Positions 28,767 through 38,749 are shown, numbered from the stretch's first letter. The stretch is DNA of 64,000 nucleotides from Nannocystales bacterium (GCA_050633305.1 JBOEGF010000008.1:96001-160000); one strand, 5' to 3'. The notes: generated from the sequence alone by a model not told the origin. Program-made: numbers and translations.

Positions 28767-29999
28767 ATGAAACGAGTTGGATTAGCCGCAAGGATTGCGT
28801 GCTGCGTGTTGGCCGTGCAGGCGCTCGCGTGCACAGGCAAGTCGGACAGCTCGACCGGGTCTCCAGGATCGAGTGCGTCTGGGGAGATGTCGGGAACCAC
28901 CACCGATGACGATGCCACCACCACAGGAGACGCGTGCGATTGGGGAGGCACACTTCACTTCGTCGCCCTCGTAGCCATTGTCGATGGAGAGGCGCAGTCC
29001 TCCGTTCTCATCGAAGAAGAGACCACGCTCCCGATCCCCGTGGTCTCCGACCTCCAGGGCGGCATCGTCTTCGGGACCTACGGCGAGGAAGTCCAGCTCG
29101 TCCGCCACGGCGCTGACGGTCTGCGGCTTGGCGCGCTTGGACTGCCATCCGGGCCACAAGACCTCACACGCGACGGCACAGGCCGCATCATCTACGCAGG
29201 TCGGTTCGACGAAGGTATGGCCTACGGAGTTCTCGACCAAGCCCTCGACCCCGTCGGCCCGCGACGCGTGTTGCCTTGGGGTGCACCCCTGCTGCAGCAC
29301 CAACTCAAGATCGCCGGACTCCCCGATGGCTCGATTGTCGTGGCAGGCGGAGGTCAGCGAGGAAGCGGTCGGTTGGTCAGCCGACTCGACCCCAGCGGCG
29401 ACGAAGTCTGGACAACGTCCTGGCCCGTGGGCTCCCAGCCGGACGACCACGGCAACGCACAAGTCGCGGGCATTGCCGTGCTCGCCGATGGCACCTCCGC
29501 AATCGCGCTCACCTCCGGTGATCTGTACGAAGGTGACCTGTCGCTCGAGGCATTCGCCGCCGACGGGCAGCACGCCTGGGCTGCCACGATCGAGGATGTG
29601 AGAGCGCAAGGACTGACCGTCAACGCCGACACGTTCGTCGTATCCGGCAGGGCGAGTTCCTCGGATGGCAACGCCTACGGATATGCTTCCGACGGAACGC
29701 GGATCTGGTCGACCCCGCTCGCGTCGTCGGGTGGAGGCGGTGTCCACCCCTGCGCTGAAACCGACTTCATCGCCGCGTCGGGCGCGGGGTTCACCCGAAT
29801 CTCGTCCGATGGAACGTCCACCGAGCATAGCCTCGACCTCATGGAACTCGTGCAGTCACAACTCTCCCCCGACCAGCCCTACGACGGTCTCGAGATCCAT
29901 CAGCACGACGCCGTGTGCACCTCCGAGGGTGCCGTGATCCTCGTGGCCGACGTCACAGTCTACACGGAGACCGCGGTCCTCTGCGACAGCGACCGGTGA
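28767..29999 (+). CDS. Secreted lipoprotein with beta-propeller-like repeats
   Basis: Lipobox 'ALAC', S/T/G linker, repeats 'LDPSGDEVW', 'FAADGQHAW', 'YASDGTRIW', 'LPDGSIVVAG'. Confidence 0.65.
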   Translation: MKRVGLAARIACCVLAVQALACTGKSDSSTGSPGSSASGEMSGTTTDDDATTTGDACDWGGTLHFVALVAIVDGEAQSSVLIEEETTLPIPVVSDLQGGIVFGTYGEEVQLVRHGADGLRLGALGLPSGPQDLTRDGTGRIIYAGRFDEGMAYGVLDQALDPVGPRRVLPWGAPLLQHQLKIAGLPDGSIVVAGGGQRGSGRLVSRLDPSGDEVWTTSWPVGSQPDDHGNAQVAGIAVLADGTSAIALTSGDLYEGDLSLEAFAADGQHAWAATIEDVRAQGLTVNADTFVVSGRASSSDGNAYGYASDGTRIWSTPLASSGGGGVHPCAETDFIAASGAGFTRISSDGTSTEHSLDLMELVQSQLSPDQPYDGLEIHQHDAVCTSEGAVILVADVTVYTETAVLCDSDR

Positions 30000-30027
30000 C
30001 CTGAGGCATTCGGGACAGCGCCCGGAC

Positions 30028-31311
30028 TCAGGACCCGCCAGCGTGACCACCGAAGTGGGTACGCGGCGGGTCTTTCTTCCATGCGAGCTGGATCGATGCC
30101 CCTCCGCCGGGCGCATCGAGGATGTGAAGACGTCCTCCGTGTAGCCGCATGATGCGAGAGACGATCGCCAAACCTAGGCCCGTCCCTCGAGTGTCCTTCT
30201 TCTTCGGCATCCGGACGAAGGGACGAATCACTTTGGGTCGGTCCAACTCCGGGATCCCCGGCCCGGAGTCCTGCACATCGATGATGCACTCGGCGTCGAA
30301 CTCCCGCACGCTGAGCTTGATCACCGGCCCCCCGTACGCGATCGCGTTGAGCAAGATGTTGGTCAATGCTCGATCGAAGAGCTTCTGGTTGGCGACTACG
30401 CATGCATCCAGGTCACCGCGAACTCGGACCTCCAAGTCCTCGGAGGTGGCGGTGACCTCGTTGACGATACGCCGGACACACGCACCCAGCCGGATGATGC
30501 AGGTCTGTAGCTTGGGGCGGTCCTGATCGAACTCGTCGAACGCGACGTACGTGAGCAGTTCGTCGAACAGGTTGTCGACCTGGCCGAGGTCGTTGACCAA
30601 CCCGTCGCTGTCCTTGCGCGAGCCCTCGTCCGCGCGACGATGCAGCTTGTCTACCCGGAAGCGCATGCGCGCGATCGGAGCACGCACCTCGTGTGCCACG
30701 GTCCGCAGAAGATCGCGTTCATCGGTGAGAAGTTGGCCGATGCGGTCGGCAAGCTGGTTGAGCGAGCCACCGAGGCTGTCGAAGGGATCCCCCTCGCTCC
30801 GCGTGGTTCGAGCGGAAAAGTCGCCCGCACACATCCGCGTCGCCAGTGTCTCGAGAGCTCGGATTCGACGGACGATCGGCCACGCAACCAAGGCCGCGAC
30901 CACCAGCGAAACAAGCAGTGCCAGTGCAAGCGCGGACGGGAGGCCCGCGACCGGACCCGGTGGTAACGGGCCCAACGCGACCTGCCCCACAGACTGCGCA
31001 GGCCGTTCCTCAGGGACCTGAACGACCACGTACAACCGGGACCCTCGCCACTCCGCGCGAGGCTCGGAGCCGCCCGCGCCCGGCTCTAGCAACACGTCGA
31101 GTTGGAGCCTCTCGGCGATTCGTCGGGCTTCCTCGCGCCGCTGCGTCGGAGGTGTGGCCGCCAGCGTTTCGGCGTGCAACTCGGCCTGCGGCCCCATCAC
31201 CAACAGCGCGAACTCCTCCTCCGAGTCGCCGATGACCAAGCGAGACAACAGCAGCGTAGCGACGGTGGTGACCAGCAGGACCGCCACCAACTTGGAGAAG
31301 CCCCCGGTCAA
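30028..31311 (-). CDS. Sensor histidine kinase with HAMP domain (RstB/CpxA-like)
   Basis: Two TM segments, HAMP, H-box 'AHEVRAPIARMRF', N-box 'NILLNAIAYG', 'DSGPGI', 'GTGLGLAIV'. Confidence 0.93.
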   Translation of the reverse strand: MTGGFSKLVAVLLVTTVATLLLSRLVIGDSEEEFALLVMGPQAELHAETLAATPPTQRREEARRIAERLQLDVLLEPGAGGSEPRAEWRGSRLYVVVQVPEERPAQSVGQVALGPLPPGPVAGLPSALALALLVSLVVAALVAWPIVRRIRALETLATRMCAGDFSARTTRSEGDPFDSLGGSLNQLADRIGQLLTDERDLLRTVAHEVRAPIARMRFRVDKLHRRADEGSRKDSDGLVNDLGQVDNLFDELLTYVAFDEFDQDRPKLQTCIIRLGACVRRIVNEVTATSEDLEVRVRGDLDACVVANQKLFDRALTNILLNAIAYGGPVIKLSVREFDAECIIDVQDSGPGIPELDRPKVIRPFVRMPKKKDTRGTGLGLAIVSRIMRLHGGRLHILDAPGGGASIQLAWKKDPPRTHFGGHAGGS

Positions 31312-32021
31312 TCCTTGGGCTCCAGGAACAGGTATCCTACGCCCCGCACGGACTTGATCCAGCGCGACCGTTTCGCGTCGTCACCCAGCTTGCTGCGCAG
31401 CCGACCAATGCGGACGTCGATGCTCCGCCCCAAACCGTCGTAAGCGCTCTCCCATACATCGCGGCTGAGTTGGTCCCGGGTGAGCGTCTGGCCCTCGTGC
31501 GACTTGAGGTAGACCAGCAGGTCGAACTCCGCGTCGGTCAGCTCGAGATGTTGCCCGCCCAAGCGAGCGGTTCGCCTGCCGCTGTCGAGTTCGAGCCCGG
31601 TCGGGTGCTTTCTCTGGGTCTCCTCTGCGGAGAATGCTTCGGTGCGGCGCAACAGCGTCCGAACCCGGGCCAGCAGCAACCGAGGCTCCACGGGCTTGCC
31701 CAAGTAGTCGTCCGCGCCCAGCTCCAAGCCGACGATCTCATCCACCCAGCCGGAGCGGGCTGTCAGCAACAGCAGCGGCCCTCGGTACCAAGCCCGAAGG
31801 TCCTTGCAGAGCTCGAGTCCGTCCTTCCCCGGAAGCATCAAGTCTAGGATCACCAGGTCGGGTGCAAGACGGCGGACCGCCTCCTCGGCCTCGTCGCCAT
31901 GGTCGACCACATCGACGGTCAATCCGTTCTCGCCGAGGTAGTCGGAGATCAGCGTCGAGAGTTCGGAGTCGTCCTCGACCAGCAGGATATTTCGCTGCAG
32001 ACGCGTCACCGTGGGTTGCAT
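31308..32021 (-). CDS. OmpR-family response regulator (RstA/CpxR-like)
   Basis: 'LLVEDD', 'LDLMLPGKDG', 'LTAR', 'GADDYLGKP', winged helix 'RSIDVRIGRLRSKL...IKSVRGVGY'. Confidence 0.95.
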   Translation of the reverse strand: MQPTVTRLQRNILLVEDDSELSTLISDYLGENGLTVDVVDHGDEAEEAVRRLAPDLVILDLMLPGKDGLELCKDLRAWYRGPLLLLTARSGWVDEIVGLELGADDYLGKPVEPRLLLARVRTLLRRTEAFSAEETQRKHPTGLELDSGRRTARLGGQHLELTDAEFDLLVYLKSHEGQTLTRDQLSRDVWESAYDGLGRSIDVRIGRLRSKLGDDAKRSRWIKSVRGVGYLFLEPKD

Positions 32022-32060
32022 CTTAGGCCACATCGCGCGGCTCGGCGTGCGGCCCGAGCG

Positions 32061-32097
32061 GTAACAGTGTGTAACGTTGCGAAACACCCACTGACTC
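32061..32097 (+). promoter_or_regulatory. Triple direct repeat with 10-bp period (OmpR-family binding-site architecture) upstream of exbB
   Basis: GTAAC-N5-GTAAC-N5-GAAAC followed by CACTGA; a related copy sits at 38666. Confidence 0.6.
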
Positions 32098-32139
32098 CCG
32101 TGGCCGGACGCGCGCATCCTTGGAAGGAGGCGAAACGAC

Positions 32140-32805
32140 GTGCAACCACCATCACACGGCTTGATTCCGAGCTTGATGAAGCTCCCCATCTTCGAAGCAG
32201 AGTGGGTCTTGTGGCTCCTCATCGGCCTCTCGCTTCTCTCGGTCGGCGTCATGGCTGAGCGGCTCCTGTTCTTCCGCCGACATGCCATCGACGTCGAGTC
32301 CGTGCGGAAGAAGTTCTCCAACCTGCTCGACGCTGGCGACATGCGAGGTGCCGCGACCCTCCTCGAGGGCTACGACAGCCTTGAGACGAACGTCGTCCTG
32401 TTTGGCCTTCGAGACTACGCCCGGGGCCCAGAGGCCGTCGGAGACCTTCTGCAGGCAGCGGCTCGGAAAGAACGCGCACGCTACGAACGCCGATTGCCGC
32501 TGTTGGCAACGATTGCGAGCAACGCTCCGTTTGTCGGCCTGTTTGGGACGGTGCTTGGGATCATCCGAGCCTTCAACGACCTCTCCACGAACATGGCCGA
32601 CGCCAGTGGGGCAGTCATGGGGGGCATCGCGGAAGCCTTGCTCGCCACCGCGGTCGGGCTGCTCGTCGCCATCCCGGCCGTCGTCGCCTTCAACATGTTG
32701 AAGACACGCGTGAAGGCCATCACCAACGACGGCAACCTCATGGCCGCGAGCCTCCTCGCACACCTCAAGGCTCCCAACCCGAACCTCGACCCCGAGGGGG
32801 AGTAG
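32140..32805 (+). CDS. exbB: MotA/TolQ/ExbB proton channel protein
   Basis: 'LATIASNAPFVGLFGTVLGIIRAF', 'GIAEALLATAVGLLVAIPAV'. Confidence 0.92.
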   Translation: MQPPSHGLIPSLMKLPIFEAEWVLWLLIGLSLLSVGVMAERLLFFRRHAIDVESVRKKFSNLLDAGDMRGAATLLEGYDSLETNVVLFGLRDYARGPEAVGDLLQAAARKERARYERRLPLLATIASNAPFVGLFGTVLGIIRAFNDLSTNMADASGAVMGGIAEALLATAVGLLVAIPAVVAFNMLKTRVKAITNDGNLMAASLLAHLKAPNPNLDPEGE

Positions 32806-32810
32806 TCCCC

Positions 32811-33221
32811 GTGGCGTCCAACGTCTTTGAAGACGATGGAGATGTGATCGCGGAGATCAACGTCGTCCCCTTCGTCGACATCGTCCTGGTGCTGCTGATC
32901 GTCTTCATGCTCACCTCGTCGCTCATCGCCCGCGCCAGCATCAGCGTTGAGCTTCCACGGGCCACGAGTACGGGGGAAGCCGCCAACAGCACCCTCAACA
33001 TCTCCCTCGACGCGGACAATCGGCTCTCCCTCAACGGTGACCTCGTCGACCTCGACACGCTCGGGTCTTCTGTGGCGAGAGCATCCTGGGAGGACGAGAA
33101 CGTCCAGGCTGTCATCTCCGCGGACCGCCGCGTGGACTACGGCAGTGTCATCCGAGTCATCGACGTCGTGCGCACCAACGGGGTGAAAACCTTCGCCCTC
33201 AACATCGAACGCGACGCCTAG
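32811..33221 (+). CDS. exbD: ExbD/TolR biopolymer transport protein
   Basis: 'EINVVPFVDIVLVLLIVFML', 'ISADRRVDYGSVIRVID'. Confidence 0.93.
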   Translation: MASNVFEDDGDVIAEINVVPFVDIVLVLLIVFMLTSSLIARASISVELPRATSTGEAANSTLNISLDADNRLSLNGDLVDLDTLGSSVARASWEDENVQAVISADRRVDYGSVIRVIDVVRTNGVKTFALNIERDA

Positions 33222-33243
33222 CGGGCAACGGAGCGCCGAGGAC

Positions 33244-34287
33244 GTGTCGAACAACTCCCCCCTGCCTGGTGTGCATGACCCTCGGGCGTACGCACGAGCC
33301 CGAGCCCGGACGCGCGCGAGCAACAGGGAGCGGATCCACAACCGCGTCGTTCACCCCATCGATGTTCCACGACTTCTGCGCGACCCCCTTGTCCGCTACA
33401 CCTCCCCCCTTCGTTCCACGGTCGCGGTCACGAGGCTCGTCATTCTCGCGGTCATCGCCCACGGGCTCACGATCCTCTTCTTCGCGGTCCTCGGCGCGGC
33501 CTTGGGGAACGACAGGTTCCAGCCCAAGAACGAACGGGTGCAGTTCGAGATTCACGACGCCCCGGATGCTCGCTCGCCCCTGATGACCGCCGCCATGGAT
33601 GATGGAGCTCCGAGCGCGCCGCCTCCCTCGCCACCCGAACCTGTGCCCGTCGAGACTCCACCACCTCCACCACCAGACCCTCCACGGCCAAGAAAGCCGC
33701 GGCGGACGCGTCGGCCCGCCCAAACCCCAACCCAAACCCAAACCTCCGTGGACGAGCCAGCCCCGCCCGAGTCCGAAAGCCCCGCTGCACCGCCGCGAAA
33801 GATCGGTGGGCTGGGTAAGGGATCCACGGCCAAGCGCGCCGACGGACCCGCATTCCCGACCGGCGATCCGTCGGGCTCCCCAGAGGGAACGAGTCCTGTT
33901 CACGGACCGGATGCGGCCGCGCACAGGTCGGATCGAAGCGCGGCGGGCTCAGCACCGCACGGCGAAGACAGCAACCAGCGGCCAGCCACCCGCATCCCGA
34001 CTCGCGACAAGGTGTTCCTCAAGCCCAAACGGCTCACCCCGAGCAAGCCCACCTACCCGCCCTCGCTTCGAGCCCAGGGTATCGAAGGCGAAGTGCAGGT
34101 CCGCGTGTTGATCGGGCCCGCGGGCGACGTCAGACGGGTCGACATCGCCAGAAGCTCCGGCCACGCCGCGTTCGACAACACGGCCAAGAAAGCCGCGCTC
34201 GCCGAGAAGTTCTCCCCGGCCAAACGGGACGGCGAGGCCGTCGAAACCAGCATCTCGTACACCTATCACTTTCGGATCGACGACTAG
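33244..34287 (+). CDS. tonB: TonB energy transducer (start uncertain)
   Basis: TM with His ('LAVIAHGL'), Pro-rich spacer, C-terminal 'PTYPPSLRAQGIEGEVQVRVLI...SSGHAAFD...FSPAKRDG'. Confidence 0.85.
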   Translation: MSNNSPLPGVHDPRAYARARARTRASNRERIHNRVVHPIDVPRLLRDPLVRYTSPLRSTVAVTRLVILAVIAHGLTILFFAVLGAALGNDRFQPKNERVQFEIHDAPDARSPLMTAAMDDGAPSAPPPSPPEPVPVETPPPPPPDPPRPRKPRRTRRPAQTPTQTQTSVDEPAPPESESPAAPPRKIGGLGKGSTAKRADGPAFPTGDPSGSPEGTSPVHGPDAAAHRSDRSAAGSAPHGEDSNQRPATRIPTRDKVFLKPKRLTPSKPTYPPSLRAQGIEGEVQVRVLIGPAGDVRRVDIARSSGHAAFDNTAKKAALAEKFSPAKRDGEAVETSISYTYHFRIDD

Positions 34288-35316
34288 ATGGCACCGGCAC
34301 CACAACCCCCTCGTTCACGGCGGCCCCGCAGCGCGTCAGTCCTCCCGCTCGTGGTCACCGTAGCGCTTGGCTGTCAACTCAAGCTCGAACCCGAAGACAG
34401 TCTGCAACAACTCGGCCCTCGCGCTCGTGTTCTCGCGATCCAGTCTGACCCTCCCGACCTCGTGCTCGGGGAGGCGGCCCAAGTGCGCGCGCTGGTCCAC
34501 CGACCGGTCGAGGGCCGTTGCGACCCCTCCGACATCATCGAGTACAGCTGGTCGTGGTGTCCTCTGCGCGACGGTGATGGGTTGGAGTGCGCCATCGATG
34601 AGGACACCGCCCGCGACGTTTGGGCGGCGGAAGGTGGCAACACGGAGTTCCTCGCCTACGACCTCGGCAGCGACCCCGAACCGTTCGTCGAGCACCTCAT
34701 CTCCGAGTCGGTCGGCGAAGCCCTGTGCCGGGCGCACGCGGGCTCCGATGGGACAGCAATGGCCCAATGTTTGGAGAGGGTTGGGGTCAGCGTCCGCCTC
34801 ACGGTCCGCGACTGTGGCGACGAGGACACCGCGATCTGGTCCCTCCCGTTGACCGACGCCGCCTCCAACCGCAACTCGAATCCCGACCCAAGCGGTACAC
34901 TGTCCTTCCGAGTTGCTGGGGGCAGCGATGCCCTCGGTGACGGGGAGGCCCTCCTCCGCGGCGAGAACTACGTTGCCACGGCCGAGTTCGACATCCCGAT
35001 CGAATGCTCCGCCAGCGGGGACGAAGACCCATGCCAAGCGGAACTGGTCTCCGAAGATGAGGACCCGCGCCGCGAAGAACTGACCACGACGTGGTTCTTC
35101 ACCCACGGCTCGCCCTTTCTGGAGGACGTCACCCAAGGCGCCGCCGGGCTGAGCACCTCGGTCAACGGCGCCGCGCTTCCAGACCCCCGCGAGAGCTACG
35201 TGGTGCTCGAGAACGAGGACCACGTTGGTGCCGCCCGGGCCTACCTCCTCGTCCGTGACGAGCGCGGCGGCGTGGGATGGGCGACCCACGACTACCGCGT
35301 GGTCGACCCCCTCTAG
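34288..35316 (+). CDS. Cys-rich lipoprotein associated with TonB-dependent receptor
   Basis: Lipobox 'ALGC'; 'RVLAIQSDPP', 'WSWCP', 'LVRDERGGVGW'; abuts tonB. Confidence 0.7.
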   Translation: MAPAPQPPRSRRPRSASVLPLVVTVALGCQLKLEPEDSLQQLGPRARVLAIQSDPPDLVLGEAAQVRALVHRPVEGRCDPSDIIEYSWSWCPLRDGDGLECAIDEDTARDVWAAEGGNTEFLAYDLGSDPEPFVEHLISESVGEALCRAHAGSDGTAMAQCLERVGVSVRLTVRDCGDEDTAIWSLPLTDAASNRNSNPDPSGTLSFRVAGGSDALGDGEALLRGENYVATAEFDIPIECSASGDEDPCQAELVSEDEDPRREELTTTWFFTHGSPFLEDVTQGAAGLSTSVNGAALPDPRESYVVLENEDHVGAARAYLLVRDERGGVGWATHDYRVVDPL

Positions 35317-35323
35317 GAGCATC

Positions 35324-38014
35324 ATGAACCGCTCCGCTGAACCACGGTTTCTCCGGCTGTGCCTGTGCTTGGCCGCCTTCCTATCCGCCGGTATGCCAGC
35401 GCATGCGGCTGCTCGAGAGCCCTCCGCGGCGCAGACCGATGAGGCGGCTGCTGACGATGGTCTCATCCCTCCGGCGCTTCTCGAAGACGCACAGCCTGTG
35501 TACCCCCGACGTGCGCAAGACGAAGGCGTGGTCGCCGTCGTGGTTGTCGAGCTCGAGCTCGACGAGACCGGCCGAGTTCAGGCCGTGTCCGTGAACAAAC
35601 CCGCCGAGGCCGCGGGGTATGGCTTCGATGAAGCCGCGGTCGCGGCTGCGAAGAATCTCGTGTTCGCACCCGCGCGTTTCAACGGCGAGCCCACGGCCGT
35701 GCGTCTGGACTATAGGTTTCGATTCGAGCTTCCCGAAGAAGCCGAATCCGCCGCACCTGCACAGGACGAAGGCAGCCCGGCGCCGATGGAGGAGACCCCC
35801 GCCGGGCTCTCCGAGCTTGCCGGACGTCTCCTCGAGCGGGGCACCCGTCTCCCTCTCGCAGGCGTCAGCGTCACGGTCTTTCGAGGACATGGCGACGACG
35901 CGATTGGATTCGAGACACAGACGGACGCCCGCGGTGAATTCGAGTTCAAGAACCTTCCGCAGGGACAATGGCGAGTTCTCGCGGACCCCGACGGGTACTA
36001 CCCCGTGCGCGAGACCGAAGCGCTCTCCACCAAGCAACGCACAAGCGTCCGGTACTACATCGAAAAACAAACCTACAACGCCTACGACGTCGTCGTTGAC
36101 GCGCAACGCGTGCGCCGCGAGGTCAGCAGCAGCACCATCTCTGCGGAACGCGCGGCGCGGATTCCCGGGACGTTCGGCGATGTACTTGGCGTTGTTCCGA
36201 CGTTTCCCGGCGTCTCGCGCACGCCCGCGAACAGCCTGGTCATTCGAGGGGCCGCCCCGGAAGACTCCAGCGTCCTGCTCAACGGGTCTGGCGTGCCCGT
36301 CCTGCACCACTTTGGTGGGTTGCGCAGCATCATGCCCTCGGGGATGGTGGAGAGCGTCCGATACTATCCCGGGAACTTCTCTGTCGAGTATGGGCGTTTG
36401 ATCGGCGGCGTCGTCGACGTGGAGATCAAGCAGCTCGCCCCCAAGAAGGTCGGTGGCTATGCAGACCTCAACATCTTCGATGCGGGAGCGTACGTCGAAG
36501 CTCCTCTCGGCAAGCGAGTTGCGATCGCGGCCTCGGCCCGTCGCAGCTACATCGACGCGTTGCTGGGTGCAGGCGGAGACAGCAAGGCCGTGCAACCGCG
36601 CTATTTCGATGTGCACACGCTGCTCAGCTACCGCCCCGGCACTGCGCACCACATTCAGACCCTATGGCTGTTCTCGAGCGACCGTCGGTCTCTGCTCTCG
36701 GAGACTCGCCCGGACACGCCCGAGGACCTCGAAACGATCCGGTTCCTGCGGGGGACGGCCGAGTACCACTACATCCCCAACGACAAGCTCGACAACGAGC
36801 TGAAGGTGACTTTTGGTCGCGACCGCGAGAACAGCGAGCTCAACGTGAGCTTCGACGAAACCGACCCCTTTAACCGAACAACCCGCTATCAGGTCCAGCT
36901 TCGCGAGGCGCTTCGCTACCGAGTCGTCGACGCGTTCGCGTTTCGGGTCGGGCTCGATGTCCTATTCCAGCACATCAACCGATCCGTCCGCCAGCCGCCC
37001 GCGATCGCCGAGGGACAGGGTCTCCCCACGGATCCCTCTGCCGGAGACGTCGAGACCGATGTAGAAGTCATCCAGCCCGTGACCACGCGGTCCTCGGGGG
37101 CGACGTACGCACCGGCAGGTTTTCTCGAACTCGAGGCGCGTCCGCACTCGAGCCTGCTCCTCGTCCCGGGCATCCGTGTCGAGTATTTCTCGCGGACGGA
37201 CAAAGTGGGCGCCTCCCCGCGGCTGACCGCGCGGCAGGGCCTGGGTGAACGCTGGGCCCTCGTGGGCGGTGTTGGGTTGTTCGTGCAAGAGCCAACCTTC
37301 GACGAAACAGACCGCTCGCTCGGCAATCCCCAGCTCGGCCTAGAGAAGGCGATCCACTACACCGTGGGCGCCACCTACGAGCCGCGACCCCACCTACGGT
37401 TCGGTGTCACGGGCTTCTACAAGACCATGTACGACCTGGTCAGCATCGTCACCGACGAGGAGGTCCCCGACGGCCAAGCACCCACCCTCACCAACGGCGG
37501 CAGCGGGCGCGCGATGGGTGTCGAATTCACAGCCTTACACGAGTTCTCCCACAATTTCTACGGCCAGGCCTCGTACACGCTCTCGCGCGCCGAGCGAACC
37601 GACGAGGGCGCCCGAACACGACGAAGGTTCGACTACGACCAACCCCACATCGTCACGTTGGTGGGCTCGTATCGCCTCCCGCGGAACTGGGAGGTCGGCC
37701 TTCGGTTTCGATACACCTCTGGCAACCTCTTCACGCCCCTGACCAGCGCGTACTACGACATCGAGACGCAAGAGTACCGCGCGGTCCCCGGCGCTCCGAA
37801 CACTGCGAGACACCCGGGGTTTCATCAACTCGACCTTCGGCTCGACAAGCGTTGGGTGTTCAAGCGCTGGATGCTCAACGCGTACCTCGACATCCAGAAC
37901 ACCTACAACCATCGGGAGAAGGCGTACGCGTACAGCCCCGACTATCGGACGCGGCGGGCAGCTGAGATCGGGCTCCCGATCCTGCCGATCATCGGATTGA
38001 GAGGCGAGTACTGA
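35324..38014 (+). CDS. TonB-dependent receptor with N-terminal TonB C-terminal-like and carboxypeptidase-regulatory-like domains
   Basis: Signal peptide; 'PVYPRRAQDEGV...GFDEAAVAAAKNLVFAPAR'; 'GRLLERGTRLPLAGVSV'; plug 'IRGAAPEDS...YPGNFSVEYGRLIGGVV'; barrel end 'YLDIQNTYN...IGLRGEY'. Confidence 0.9.
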   Translation: MNRSAEPRFLRLCLCLAAFLSAGMPAHAAAREPSAAQTDEAAADDGLIPPALLEDAQPVYPRRAQDEGVVAVVVVELELDETGRVQAVSVNKPAEAAGYGFDEAAVAAAKNLVFAPARFNGEPTAVRLDYRFRFELPEEAESAAPAQDEGSPAPMEETPAGLSELAGRLLERGTRLPLAGVSVTVFRGHGDDAIGFETQTDARGEFEFKNLPQGQWRVLADPDGYYPVRETEALSTKQRTSVRYYIEKQTYNAYDVVVDAQRVRREVSSSTISAERAARIPGTFGDVLGVVPTFPGVSRTPANSLVIRGAAPEDSSVLLNGSGVPVLHHFGGLRSIMPSGMVESVRYYPGNFSVEYGRLIGGVVDVEIKQLAPKKVGGYADLNIFDAGAYVEAPLGKRVAIAASARRSYIDALLGAGGDSKAVQPRYFDVHTLLSYRPGTAHHIQTLWLFSSDRRSLLSETRPDTPEDLETIRFLRGTAEYHYIPNDKLDNELKVTFGRDRENSELNVSFDETDPFNRTTRYQVQLREALRYRVVDAFAFRVGLDVLFQHINRSVRQPPAIAEGQGLPTDPSAGDVETDVEVIQPVTTRSSGATYAPAGFLELEARPHSSLLLVPGIRVEYFSRTDKVGASPRLTARQGLGERWALVGGVGLFVQEPTFDETDRSLGNPQLGLEKAIHYTVGATYEPRPHLRFGVTGFYKTMYDLVSIVTDEEVPDGQAPTLTNGGSGRAMGVEFTALHEFSHNFYGQASYTLSRAERTDEGARTRRRFDYDQPHIVTLVGSYRLPRNWEVGLRFRYTSGNLFTPLTSAYYDIETQEYRAVPGAPNTARHPGFHQLDLRLDKRWVFKRWMLNAYLDIQNTYNHREKAYAYSPDYRTRRAAEIGLPILPIIGLRGEY

Positions 38015-38655
38015 TGTCCGTTTTGCAACCCCTCCACATCGCTCTGGTCGCCGCCAGCCTGCTCGCCCCTGCCGAATCCCCAACAGGACCGGAACAGGCC
38101 CAGGTCCCGCCCGCGCCCGCTCCACACCAAGGGCACTTCGTCTCCGTCGGCCTCCACTACGGTGGTTTGCGCGCACGAGATACCCATCGCGACGGGTGGC
38201 GTCCGCTCTCCCACGGCCCCTTGCTCTCGATCCGAGCCGGGGAAGCGATCACGTCTTGGCTGGACCTCGGCGTCGACCTCGGGCTCGGTCTCGGCGTCGG
38301 CCCCGACTCGCTCCGACTCGGCCGCGTCACCGCGCACGCCCGCTGGTATCCCTTCGAGCACTGGTTCCTTCATACGGGGCTCGGGCTTGGTGCTTCGGGC
38401 GGGCCGGACCCGGACTACGACGGGTTTGACCGTGGACGTTTTGGCGAGCTGTACGTCGTGGGTCTCGGCACCAACCGCTACGTCACCCGCAGCACCCGCA
38501 GCGGAGGCTTCGCGCTCAGCCCCGTGCTTCAGGCTCAAGTCGGCCCCGACCCTGCCTTCACCACGATGGCGTTGTGGATCGGACTCGAGTTCACGTGGTG
38601 GTCGGGGCTGTCCCGCAACAAGCTCCGACTGCCACCGGAACGCGCCTACCGGTGA
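38014..38655 (+). CDS. Small outer-membrane beta-barrel-like protein
   Basis: Signal peptide, alternating amphipathic strands ('LDLGVDLGLGLG', 'WIGLEFTWW'); ATG overlaps the receptor TGA. Confidence 0.6.
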   Translation: MSVLQPLHIALVAASLLAPAESPTGPEQAQVPPAPAPHQGHFVSVGLHYGGLRARDTHRDGWRPLSHGPLLSIRAGEAITSWLDLGVDLGLGLGVGPDSLRLGRVTAHARWYPFEHWFLHTGLGLGASGGPDPDYDGFDRGRFGELYVVGLGTNRYVTRSTRSGGFALSPVLQAQVGPDPAFTTMALWIGLEFTWWSGLSRNKLRLPPERAYR

Positions 38656-38665
38656 TGCGGCGATT

Positions 38666-38702
38666 GCAACAGATCGTATCGGTACGCAACAAGCACTGAA
38701 TC
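38666..38702 (+). promoter_or_regulatory. Second copy of the 10-bp-period repeat element upstream of the serine hydrolase gene
   Basis: GCAAC-N5-GTATC-N5-GCAAC followed by CACTGA; 26/37 identical to 32061-32097 without gaps. Confidence 0.55.
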
Positions 38703-38749
38703 GACCGAAGGCCCGCGGCACGCTGATGTCAGGAGACACACCCGACATC

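Noticed and set aside
33610..33795. C/A-rich low-complexity repeats in tonB
   Set aside because: They encode the normal Pro/Thr/Gln-rich periplasmic spacer
38162..38749. Long N-terminal extensions given by the ORF track (also 26964-27836, 55044-55658, 59549-59788, 62909-63136)
   Set aside because: They overlap neighbouring genes; downstream starts give proper signal peptides or family N-termini
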